A stretch of DNA of 64,000 nucleotides, taken from Promethearchaeota archaeon Loki_b32 (GTDB lineage: Archaea; Asgardarchaeota; Lokiarchaeia; Sigyniarchaeales; SOKP01). The notes beneath the pieces were generated by a model. It had not been told where the DNA came from and did no database searches. It saw nothing but the letters and a program-made list of their open reading frames with translations. The translations under genes and the position numbers were made by a program. The stretch covers positions 64,001 through 128,000 of the forward strand of contig NJBH01000002.1 of assembly GCA_005223125.1 (NCBI GenBank). The letters run 5' to 3'. Of the stretch, positions 42,558 to 51,765 are shown in pieces (within the stretch, counting starts at the first letter, position 1; each line of letters begins with the position of its first letter).

Positions 42558-43106
42558 ATGGCAGAAGAAGTTGATATTCGCGAATTGTTTTTTGATATAT
42601 TAGATATTGTAAAATTTGAGCTCAAATTCTATAGATATAAGGAATCTCCGATGTTTGAACGCATTGTAAAAACTCGGGTATTTCAACAAAAGCTTCAAAA
42701 ATTGAAAGATTTTATCAACACTTATTTTGATATTATGTATAAAGATGAAGATAGTCCAATTAACCAAGTTGCTCTTCACACTCAACTTGATAATATAGCT
42801 CGCCTAACTAATTATTATGATGATTTATCCGACTTTTATACAGATCATACTAAAATTATGATTACAAGGGAAAAATTACAAGGGTTAATTGACTATTCAC
42901 ACGTCGAGATACTATTCTTGGTGTTCACTAATATCCTCGATTGGGAGCATTACAAGGCCAGTTTATTATTTCCCACTGATAAGGCTAAAGAAAAACTACT
43001 GAAAGAATTCCTCGCCAAACTGGCTAGCTCCGATATTAAAGACGTAGACGATATTGTTGACTTAGAACAAGCTATTGATGACTTTGTTCAGAGTATCGAA
43101 GCTTAG
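42558..43106 (+). CDS. Hypothetical helical protein
   Basis: 182-aa ORF with a GAGGAG SD; no recognised motif. Confidence 0.7.
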   Translation: MAEEVDIRELFFDILDIVKFELKFYRYKESPMFERIVKTRVFQQKLQKLKDFINTYFDIMYKDEDSPINQVALHTQLDNIARLTNYYDDLSDFYTDHTKIMITREKLQGLIDYSHVEILFLVFTNILDWEHYKASLLFPTDKAKEKLLKEFLAKLASSDIKDVDDIVDLEQAIDDFVQSIEA

Positions 43107-43246
43107 TTTTCAAGTAAATCTTTCTTATTTTTATTTAACACTTATTTTTAATCCATAAAAGGAATATTTATATTAAAGCTGGCTTGTTCTTTTCATGAGA
43201 AATTACAAATTTATAATTATAAACATAAATTTTATGTTCAAAATAC

Positions 43247-43525
43247 ATGACGATAAAAGTAAAATTATATGGAGATTTAGTTGAAAAAGCACCTCAACTT
43301 AGTAATAACTTTGGTATTCCAAGTAATTTAATTATCGAAACCGATGGGATAAAAACTGTACAGGATATTTTAAACAGATGCTTTATAACAACGGAATAAA
43401 TCAGTCATATCTTTGTAAATGGTAAATACTCCGGACTAGGAAAAGAAGTTAAAAATGGAGATCGCGTTGGAATATTTCCTAAGAGGATGGGATTAATATT
43501 TGTAGAAATTGAATCGCCTTTTTAG
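43247..43525 (+). pseudogene. MoaD/ThiS-like beta-grasp protein with an in-frame TAA (not in ORF track)
   Basis: MTIKVKLYGDL...TVQDIL...TTE*ISHIFVNG...VKNGDRVGIFP...; premature stop at 43397-43399. Confidence 0.72.
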
Positions 43526-43666
43526 AAATATTGACCAGTAAATACCTTTTTTCCTATGAGAAAATCGACAATAAATACAATTAAATATGTAATTCATTAT
43601 GTGTTTGCTTAAGCAGTGTAGAAATAAAAAAAAATAAGGTAAAATTAAGGGATATTATTTTTTAAA

Positions 43667-43933
43667 ATGGCCGATTGCTTCGACAAAATCTTGGAAATAT
43701 GTGAGAATAGTGAGATAAAGAGATACAAGGCTCTAATTAAATTGATGCAGGATCTCGATAAAGAAATATCAAATGCAATACGAGTCAGAAATTGTTTGAT
43801 TTTATTAGTTAATCTATGCTTTAATCCTGATTCACCGGATTATGCCTATAATAAAGGTAAATCATCAGAATCTCTTTCAGCAGAAGAAAGAGTTGAAATG
43901 CTCGAATTATTAAAATGTGAATTTAATAACTAG
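43667..43933 (+). CDS. Hypothetical protein
   Basis: 88-aa ORF with coding-like composition, convergent with the MFS gene. Confidence 0.6.
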   Translation: MADCFDKILEICENSEIKRYKALIKLMQDLDKEISNAIRVRNCLILLVNLCFNPDSPDYAYNKGKSSESLSAEERVEMLELLKCEFNN

Positions 43934-43941
43934 TTCTAATA

Positions 43942-46215
43942 TTAAAAAACTTTAAAATCGGTTTCTTTCCACCTTTCATATAGGTTGAAGATATCTTCAA
44001 TTTTTCCCAAAGTCTCTATGAGTACTTTTTGAGTTTTTTTATCATCTTGAAATGTATCGACAATTACATCGTAAATTTCTACATCAAATTCTTGAGCAAG
44101 ATCAGAAATTTTTCTTAAATCTTCTATTTGAATACCTTCTTCCTTTAAATGATTGAAAGCATTTTCTACTACTTTTCTTAATTTGATAGTAGCATTTAAT
44201 GAGTTAGAACATTTATCAAATAGTTCTTGTTCTTTATCGCGTACAATTGACTCCTCTTCTGATAAATCAGGCTTCTCTTCGACAATTTCTAGTCTTTCAT
44301 TTAATAAATATTTCACACGTTCGTAGATTTTAATGGCTTCATCAATTTTACCTAAGCTTTTTATCAAATGATTAGTGCTATTAAGTCTAGCTTCAAGAAT
44401 TTTTAAGTAGGCATCTTCATAATAGGTTTGAATTTCACCGAAGGTACTTTTTTCATATTCGCTGATTCTATAGTAGATCTGTCCCAATTCATTCTTTAAC
44501 TGATTTATTTCCTGAGCAGTTAAATTTTCGTTATTTAGCTGTTTATAAATCTGGTTGGTTTCTTGTCTAATTAATAAAATTCTTAAATACATTATATGGG
44601 CTTTTTTTTCTATATTAGTAATACTCCGAGATACACCCTCTCGCTCACAGAATTTAAAAATCTTTAATGAATCATTAATCAATTTATTGAATTTCTTTTG
44701 ATCCTTTCGAATATAATATTTTGAGTCTTGAAATTTTTGAATAGCTCTATCCATTTGAATTTCTAATTCAAATATATAATCAATTAAACTAATCTGTTTT
44801 CGTTCTGATAAAATTCTCGATTTATAAGTCATATCCTTTTCTACATTTCTACTAGCTAAGAACCATAATAATGCCGCAGGAAGCCAAAAAAATATTGAAA
44901 AAAATATCATGTTAAAAATGCTTCCAAGTAAAGTGATAAGAGTAAAGGATATTAACAATGTTACACCCTTACTTATTTGTTCCGATAGTTTGAAAAAGGA
45001 AGCAGCAGTTCCTTTATGTTCTGGCATATTAACATCAATCATCACGGCATTCCGATTAGCTACAGGGCCAGCTCCCAGCATTGAAGCCATTAACGCAAAA
45101 ATAAAGAAAACAATATATGTAGGATATGCTACAAATATTTGACCAATAGTACGTATAATATATGAAAAAAGGTCTTCTGTAGGAATTGGGCTTGGATAAT
45201 CAATATCTAATATAGTAAGATTAATTGGTCTTAATGAAAGAAGTAATATGATAGCAAAAGGTATTGAAAAAATCAGGCATATAGTCGCCAATCTAGCTCT
45301 ATTTTTTTTATTGCGTCTAAATAATATATCTCCTAAACGGGCAAAAATCGCATTTCCAAGAAGATACCCCACTCCAACCATACCTGCAAATATCGTAGAA
45401 GTTTGCAATCTAATTTCTGCAGGAATCTGATGAAAGTATTGGAGGGTTAACATTGAAGTTGTAAAATAAACTAAAACTGTACCTGGTATAATAGAAAAAA
45501 AACCCTGAACAATTAAATATAGATTTGTCTTTTTCCTTATTATTCCTCCTAAATCTTTTTTAGAAATTCGATAACTGTATTCCAAATCTAATTCGATTAA
45601 TTCTAAAAGTTCATCTTCACCTGCGCCACGCTGAGGAATTTTAACAAAAAACAGAATGAAAATTACTATAATACTTATCCCAGACAAGAGAAGAAACGGA
45701 AACCTCCATGTGAATATAGGTCCAAGAAAAGATGACATTCCTTGACCTACTCCATTGGATATGGAACTTAAAATTGCTAAAGTTCCAAACCAACCAGATC
45801 TTTCTTCAGCGGGGATCGCATCTGAAATTACTGAATATCCAACTGGTAATACACATCCTAAACCAGCTCCGCTTGATACTCTTGAAATTACTAACATAAA
45901 GTATGTTGAAGAAAAAGCAGTTAAAAGCATTCCTAAAGTCCATGAGAATGCTCCTATTATGAGTACTTTCCCTCGATCAACGCGATCTGCCCAATAACCC
46001 CATAATAAAGCAAAAACGGCGCTAATTAGTACAAAAAAAGCATCTGGAATTGCAATTAATGCTTCAGGGATATTAAACTCTTGCTGTATCGCCGCATAAC
46101 TAGGAATGAGCATATTAGCACATGCAGTCGATACAAAAAGTAATAGCATGACTAATATAATTGGTGCCAGATCTTTGAATTTCACCGTAGTTAGTTGAAA
46201 GCGTCCAATAAGCAA
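43942..46215 (-). CDS. MFS transporter with long C-terminal helical extension
   Basis: Motif A GYWADRVDRG, 12 TM segments over about 460 aa, then about 290 aa of charged helices. Confidence 0.85.
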   Translation of the reverse strand: MLIGRFQLTTVKFKDLAPIILVMLLLFVSTACANMLIPSYAAIQQEFNIPEALIAIPDAFFVLISAVFALLWGYWADRVDRGKVLIIGAFSWTLGMLLTAFSSTYFMLVISRVSSGAGLGCVLPVGYSVISDAIPAEERSGWFGTLAILSSISNGVGQGMSSFLGPIFTWRFPFLLLSGISIIVIFILFFVKIPQRGAGEDELLELIELDLEYSYRISKKDLGGIIRKKTNLYLIVQGFFSIIPGTVLVYFTTSMLTLQYFHQIPAEIRLQTSTIFAGMVGVGYLLGNAIFARLGDILFRRNKKNRARLATICLIFSIPFAIILLLSLRPINLTILDIDYPSPIPTEDLFSYIIRTIGQIFVAYPTYIVFFIFALMASMLGAGPVANRNAVMIDVNMPEHKGTAASFFKLSEQISKGVTLLISFTLITLLGSIFNMIFFSIFFWLPAALLWFLASRNVEKDMTYKSRILSERKQISLIDYIFELEIQMDRAIQKFQDSKYYIRKDQKKFNKLINDSLKIFKFCEREGVSRSITNIEKKAHIMYLRILLIRQETNQIYKQLNNENLTAQEINQLKNELGQIYYRISEYEKSTFGEIQTYYEDAYLKILEARLNSTNHLIKSLGKIDEAIKIYERVKYLLNERLEIVEEKPDLSEEESIVRDKEQELFDKCSNSLNATIKLRKVVENAFNHLKEEGIQIEDLRKISDLAQEFDVEIYDVIVDTFQDDKKTQKVLIETLGKIEDIFNLYERWKETDFKVF

Positions 46216-46275
46216 CTACCATTTGAATGTAATTATAATAAATAGCATTTGAGTCTTAAAAAAATTTACAATGAT

Positions 46276-46983
46276 TTATTTCAATGACAAGTAATAATCC
46301 AGTGTCGCGTCAACATGGATTTGTAAAGTATCAAATAATTTAATTTTAGTATCATTTTGATTTAAAATTAACGGTAGCTCAGTGCATCCTAAAATAACTC
46401 CATCTACTTCATAATTATTTATAATTTGAAGTAAGTTTTTCTTAGATTCTTGCTTAAAAAAACCAATTACTAGTTCATCAAAAATGATTTTATCTATAAT
46501 ATCTTGTTCTTCATTGGAAGGAGTTATAGCCTCTATACCTTGTTCTTTGCAATGTTCTTGATAAAAAGTAGATTGCATTGTGAATTTTATACCTAAAAGT
46601 AATAATTTTTTCATTTTTTCTTGTTGTGCTTTCTCTGCTGTGGCTTTTACAATACTTAAAATTGGAACTTTTGCTAATTTATCCAGATCTTCATATACGG
46701 CATGTGGTGAGTTTGCTGCCATTACAATAAATGATACTCCCCCATTTTCTAAAGATTTTATACCACTCATTAAATATTCTATATACTTTGCTTTATTATT
46801 TCCGAGTTCATAATCAGTAAGTTTCTGAAAATTCAAACTAAAAATTAATAACTCGGGATAATTATAATCATTAAACTTCTCATAATACTTCTCGAGTATT
46901 AAATCATAATATTTAATAGTTGATTCATAGGACATCCCTCCTAAAATGCCAATCCTATTCACTTTTTTTAAACCTCCTATCAA
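46276..46983 (-). CDS. Aspartate/glutamate racemase family protein
   Basis: IGILGGMS.EST..YY, AANSPH, ILGCTELP. Confidence 0.9.
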   Translation of the reverse strand: MIGGLKKVNRIGILGGMSYESTIKYYDLILEKYYEKFNDYNYPELLIFSLNFQKLTDYELGNNKAKYIEYLMSGIKSLENGGVSFIVMAANSPHAVYEDLDKLAKVPILSIVKATAEKAQQEKMKKLLLLGIKFTMQSTFYQEHCKEQGIEAITPSNEEQDIIDKIIFDELVIGFFKQESKKNLLQIINNYEVDGVILGCTELPLILNQNDTKIKLFDTLQIHVDATLDYYLSLK

Positions 46984-46998
46984 GTTTAAAGTCGATAA

Positions 46999-47547
46999 CT
47001 AATAATAAATTCTATCTGTAAAAACTTTTCCTTTCTCTGAAATCTCTATTCCTTCCATTTCTAATAGGGCACGTTTCATTTTAATACCACCTTGATATCC
47101 TCCGAGATTACCATCTGTTTTGATTGCCCGATGACAAGGAATAATAATGGGAAATGGATTTTTGGCCAAGCAGTTTCCAACTACTCTCGCTCCATTATTT
47201 ACCCCTATTTGATTTGCAATTCTTTTGTAGGTACTTACCCACCCTCTTGGTACCCGAAATTCTGCCAAGAGTACCTTTTCTTGAATTTCAGAACATTTTG
47301 TAAAATCAACTAATTCCAATTCAAAATCTACCTCTTCGCCTTTTAAAAATCCTTGGATTTTCTCACAAAGCGCTGTAATTAAATGAGATGTTCCTAATTC
47401 AATTCTTTTGAAAGATCCTTGAGCTTTCTCTTCTGATTTTTGCTCAGGATCGCTAAGAAATATACGTTGTAGTTTTAAATCAGAACTCGTCTCCTTCCAT
47501 ACAATAGTGAACGTATCAAATGGAGAAGAAAAAGTACTATACTCCAT
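46999..47547 (-). CDS. ogt: Methylated-DNA-protein-cysteine methyltransferase
   Basis: STYKRIA, ARVVG, NP.PIIIPCHR active site, LLEME. Confidence 0.95.
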   Translation of the reverse strand: MEYSTFSSPFDTFTIVWKETSSDLKLQRIFLSDPEQKSEEKAQGSFKRIELGTSHLITALCEKIQGFLKGEEVDFELELVDFTKCSEIQEKVLLAEFRVPRGWVSTYKRIANQIGVNNGARVVGNCLAKNPFPIIIPCHRAIKTDGNLGGYQGGIKMKRALLEMEGIEISEKGKVFTDRIYY

Positions 47548-47596
47548 GCTTTATAACCATAATCAATAAAATTTAAAATTTTTTTATAAAATTTAT

Positions 47597-47618
47597 TCGT
47601 GAAATCATCGTTTCACGA
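47597..47618. promoter_or_regulatory. Perfect 8-6-8 inverted repeat upstream of ogt, at the island edge
   Basis: TCGTGAAA-tcatcg-TTTCACGA, next to TTTATAAA (47583-47590). Confidence 0.4.
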
Positions 47619-47679
47619 TCTTTTATAATATATTAATCTCAATATCATTCTAATAATATTAGAGAGATATATTCGAGAA

Positions 47680-48051
47680 TTAATCAATTTCATAAACTTT
47701 TCCTGATTTGATTAACTTACATAAAAATGGGATATCATTATCCGGATTTCCTGTCATCTTACTTGAGATTGCTTTTAACTTTTTTCTCGGATGAAAATGG
47801 TGAGGCCGTGTGATAACATCCCATTTATCATCATAGTTATCATATCGACAACGATCTAATTCAAATTTCGAAAAAATAATGCTATAACTATATTCTCCAT
47901 AATTGTTATATCTAATAAATATTTGGACGTTATCCCTCAGTATAACATGAATTCTTGCTAGTTTGGGTTCAAAATTAATAGTTTTTAAGAGAATAGATAA
48001 GTGTTGATGAAGGAGTAATTTTGCTTTATCTAGTAGCTTTAAGCCTAGCAT
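47680..48051 (-). CDS. DUF6516/TumE-like putative toxin
   Basis: YSY...RYDN......TRPHHFH motif. Confidence 0.65.
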   Translation of the reverse strand: MLGLKLLDKAKLLLHQHLSILLKTINFEPKLARIHVILRDNVQIFIRYNNYGEYSYSIIFSKFELDRCRYDNYDDKWDVITRPHHFHPRKKLKAISSKMTGNPDNDIPFLCKLIKSGKVYEID

Positions 48052-48067
48052 TAAAGATCATTTAAAT

Positions 48068-48310
48068 TTATTGATCATTCCATTCTTTTTTCAATAAAAA
48101 TAATTCTTCTCTTTGATCTAACAAATGTCTTAAAGTGATAGCATCGTCTTCTGCTTCCTCAATAGTTCCATCTTTTGCATCTTTAAGGAATTTAGAAGGC
48201 TCTTCATAATCCCATTTACTTAATATTTTATCAATTTCCTCATATAAGAACTTTAGTTTCAAATCTACTAACTCTTCTAATAATTCCTTTTCTACACGAA
48301 TACTAGTCAT
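48068..48310 (-). CDS. Putative antitoxin partner
   Basis: 80-aa acidic helical protein immediately upstream of the DUF6516-like gene. Confidence 0.6.
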   Translation of the reverse strand: MTSIRVEKELLEELVDLKLKFLYEEIDKILSKWDYEEPSKFLKDAKDGTIEEAEDDAITLRHLLDQREELFLLKKEWNDQ

Positions 48311-48396
48311 TTGCTCAACACCATCCTCTAGAAAACCTACTAAATATAAAAATCTTTATTTTTTATTGAAATTTGCTTGTCTTTAAATTTTTTCTG

Positions 48397-48513
48397 CTAC
48401 ACATATATGACCTCTTCAAGGATATATTGTTTCAATTCCTCTTTTAAGCTAGATTTTGATACTATATCAACTTTTTTAGTTTTTTTGAGAATCTCTTCTT
48501 TATAATTTACCAT
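48397..48513 (-). pseudogene. Internally deleted MNT (minimal nucleotidyltransferase) antitoxin remnant
   Basis: MVNYKEEILKK joined directly to KKVDIVSKSSLKEELKQYILEEVIYV*, a typical MNT C-terminus; the GS..D.D core is absent. Confidence 0.55.
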
Positions 48514-48649
48514 TTTTCTGACATTTTTTATACGATATTTTAATCTGGAGATATATTTTTTGGATGAAATGAAATTGGATTTTAGGAGAGTTAAGCTAAA
48601 TTGGATAAAAGGCGATTAATATATCTGATGTAAAAGATAAATGTCGAAA

Positions 48650-48796
48650 TTATTCCTCAATGATAAAATCAGGCTGATAAATCTCATCATCTTCACTATC
48701 ATCTGGATCTTTCATGAATTTTAATAGGGCTTCAACAATTTTGTCTGGTCTCTTACCCTTTCCTGCTAACGCTTCAACTTTTTTACGATTCTTTAA
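48650..48796 (-). pseudogene. 3' fragment of a truncated gene
   Basis: LKNRKKVEALAGKGKRPDKIVEALLKFMKDPDDSEDDEIYQPDFIIEE*; no N-terminal start; opens where the integrase fragment begins. Confidence 0.45.
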
Positions 48797-48797
48797 T

Positions 48798-49160
48798 TAC
48801 ATCCCAAAAAGCTTGGTCAAGTTTTTAGAGATTTTTCTTGAAGAAAGAAAATTAAAGAATGTAAAGACTAAAGCTTTATTTCTTTTCACACATTTAAAAA
48901 GATACAATGAAAGAGTGTTTAACGTATATTTAAAGAAAGTATTGAATGATTTGATTATTGAAAAAAATATCACCTGTCACACATTTAGAAGAACTTTAAA
49001 TACACTTAGAAAAGTTATGGGATGCCCTAATGAAGACCGAAAAATACTATTGAACCATAAAGTTCAAGATGTGAATGTAGAATCCTATGTAAAGATGAAT
49101 TATAAACAATATATCGAACTATATGATAAATGGTATCCTTATTATGAAGTAGTTCTTTAA
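48798..49160 (+). pseudogene. Tyrosine recombinase/integrase, C-terminal fragment
   Basis: ITCHTFRRT (HxxR), LLNH, ESY catalytic Tyr; N-terminal half with the first Arg is missing. Confidence 0.8.
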
Positions 49161-49243
49161 ATTTTTCTTCATAAAAAGTCAATTTAATAAAAAAACCACA
49201 TAAAATGCTAAAAAACTCATACGATTAATCCTAATTTTACCAA

Positions 49244-49429
49244 TTACTTATTAATATTTTCTTTCAATTCTAATTTTACTTTTCTTATTCTTTTATTGGT
49301 TTCAAAAAGAGTTTTTTCATAATTTTCATAAGATTTAATTAATGTTTTAATCAAATCTTCTCTATCTTTGTTAGTTAATTCCAAATTTTCATTTTTTCTT
49401 AATTTCTTAAAATTAAATGAATCACTCAT
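49244..49429 (-). CDS. Small hypothetical coiled-coil protein
   Basis: 61 aa, GGTGAG SD, ATGA-coupled to a 38-codon upstream ORF (49426-49542). Confidence 0.45.
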   Translation of the reverse strand: MSDSFNFKKLRKNENLELTNKDREDLIKTLIKSYENYEKTLFETNKRIRKVKLELKENINK

Positions 49430-49778
49430 ATGAAAGGTTTCTCACCATTATTATTGTTTGAATTTTTATTATTTGTAAAAACCTCTTTGAGAGCTCGAGA
49501 GTAAGATTTAAGCACATTATTTATTTTATTCTTTATCTCCATTTTTATTTTAATAATAATTAACCTTTCTTAATTAAAAGACCTTTGTATTAATGTATTA
49601 TGCGTATCAAATGTTTCAATTGAAACTTTTTACAGAATATTTAATTAAAACTTATAGATATAAATTATCTTAATTTATGATAAATTATCATATGATATAT
49701 AAATAAATTATAATTATAATTTACTTTTTCTTAGGTTTAAATTATAATAATCTTAGAAAAGTGCGTAATCAAATCAAA

Positions 49779-49847
49779 ATATAGTTATATTTTATGCAAA
49801 AAATGACTATATTTTAGTTCAAATATGACTATATCTTACATAGTTAT
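49779..49847. repeat. Four copies of ATRACTATRT (two direct, two inverted)
   Basis: 49779-88 (rev), 49803-12, 49825-34, 49838-47 (rev); upstream of the HEPN gene. Confidence 0.55.
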
Positions 49848-49891
49848 TAAAATAATTTCAAAAGTATATTACAATATTTTTAATATTTAAA

Positions 49892-50464
49892 ATGATTTTT
49901 CTATGTGATATAAAATTGAAAAATTATAGAAATCTAGAGCTTAACCTTGAATTATTCCAAAAAGAATTTAGGAAAAGAAATAATACTTATGAGAGGATTG
50001 TTGAATGGAAGAAGATTGCTGAAGAAGAATCAAATGAAATAAAGAAATTCATTTTTAGATGGATATCATTCAATGGATTATATACAGCATCATATGCAAT
50101 GGATCATAGTCAAGAAGAAGCTGAGAGAGAAAATGAAATCAGATTAATTGAATCATTTTGTTATAAATTTATATTGACTAATAAAAATCTTGCGTCTAAA
50201 ATTTATTCTAAAGAGTTGAAAGAAGTATTCGAAAATAATATCAAAGAAAAATCTAGGAGCATGGGGAGATATTTAGAACATCTAAAATGTAACGAAAGTG
50301 TAGAAGTAAAAGCCAAGAATATGATATTGATTGCTTATAAAATTAGATGCAGGCTTTTTCACGGGGAAAAGAATCCTCTCTTAGAGGTAAATCAAGCAGT
50401 AATTAAAGCAGCAAATCAAGTTATTGCTCCGATATTGAATCATATTGCTAAAGAGAACAAGTAA
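49892..50464 (+). CDS. HEPN domain protein (ApeA-like putative RNase)
   Basis: FIFRWISFNGLY and YKIRCRLFHGEK (R-x4-H) motifs. Confidence 0.75.
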   Translation: MIFLCDIKLKNYRNLELNLELFQKEFRKRNNTYERIVEWKKIAEEESNEIKKFIFRWISFNGLYTASYAMDHSQEEAERENEIRLIESFCYKFILTNKNLASKIYSKELKEVFENNIKEKSRSMGRYLEHLKCNESVEVKAKNMILIAYKIRCRLFHGEKNPLLEVNQAVIKAANQVIAPILNHIAKENK

Positions 50465-51161
50465 TTTATTCTTCATTATTAAAGAAATTTTTAAAAGTTC
50501 TTTTACGTTTTAATTCTTCACGTTCTTTCTCAAAATTTGAACTTTATCACTATAAATTTGATTTATATTAAGCAATTTATAAATCATGTCTATATTTTAA
50601 AATAATTTATTATAAAATATTACTAATTATAAAACTAAATTATAAATGAGAGATGTAAATCTTTTTTTACATGTCTTTGATTAATTTTAGACATCAGATT
50701 ATAATTTAGGTAATAATACCTATTATCTTCTTTTACTACATTAATTTTTTTATTTTATTACCAAAAATAGTGATAATATAATATGTAGATAATACTCCAA
50801 AAAGCATATACAAAGTATATACAATTAATTATTCTATCATCTATAGGTATCTTAGAAAACAAAAATAGTAATTTAAAAAAGGATTAAAAAAAGAAAACAT
50901 CCGAAAAAGCTGAAGAATTATTTACTAACTTAAAGCACGATTATGTGATTCCGCAATTTCTAAACTGTTCCCAATTAATTGAATTATAAAAACTTTGAGT
51001 AGGTATATAAAACCCCATAATATCAACTTTACTTGGATATTTAACATGTTTATTTATCCAATATAATCCATTATATACATTTTTTTATAGACTTACAAAT
51101 CTTCCCAATAAATGATAATAAAAATCCATGATTATAGTGGAATTATATAATACTATTTATT

Positions 51162-51509
51162 TCATTTATCTTTGTTTTTAGTTAAACAGGCAAACAAATA
51201 AAGGAATTTTTCAGATGTAGGAACTACGTTAATATTTTTATCTTTTACTAATCCCTTAGCATATTCAAAATCCTTCTCTTTAACGACTAAGGTAGGATTT
51301 TCACACAGACCAATATCTTTGGCTTCTTCTAATTTGTCCATTGAATATGTAATTCTGCTTTTAGTGAATTCAACTTCTGCGCATGTGTTTTCCAATTCAT
51401 TTTGGCAGTCCAATCTTCTATTACTTTCTAAGACTTTCTCCGTTTTATTTTTGGAGCCACACCCACAGGCAATACTTTTCCAGACTTTATGTTCAGGACC
51501 TTCAGGCAT
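51162..51509 (-). CDS. Small Cys-rich putative PD-(D/E)xK nuclease-fold protein
   Basis: EGPEHK, E......RRLD, AEVE pattern; CGCG. Confidence 0.5.
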   Translation of the reverse strand: MPEGPEHKVWKSIACGCGSKNKTEKVLESNRRLDCQNELENTCAEVEFTKSRITYSMDKLEEAKDIGLCENPTLVVKEKDFEYAKGLVKDKNINVVPTSEKFLYLFACLTKNKDK

Positions 51510-51765
51510 TAATCATCATAAATTATACTCTTTTTCTAATATAAATAATTTCTGTTATCATTTGTTATTCTTCCTTTTATAAAATTTCTATTATAATATC
51601 AAAATTAAGTCTAAACCAAAATTATGCAGAATACGAAATAAGTTAAAATCTATTTGGTCACCTTTTTTGTTAGTGCAAAATAAAAGATCTTGAAAATCTA
51701 TCTCTGAAGTCTAAAATCATTAATTTACATACACATTTTTAATTTTAAAATTCAATAGTAACTAT

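Noticed and set aside
43397-43399. Selenocysteine or pyrrolysine recoding in the MoaD-like gene
   Set aside because: The stop is TAA, not TGA or TAG, and sits at a likely Glu position.
48714-49160. Intact 148-aa integrase as given in the ORF track
   Set aside because: Too short, lacks the first catalytic Arg region, and its first ~28 codons are the antisense of another gene remnant.
50700-51130. Possible degraded membrane-protein gene on the minus strand
   Set aside because: Only short hydrophobic stretches broken by several stops; cannot be told apart from AT-rich noise without a homology search.
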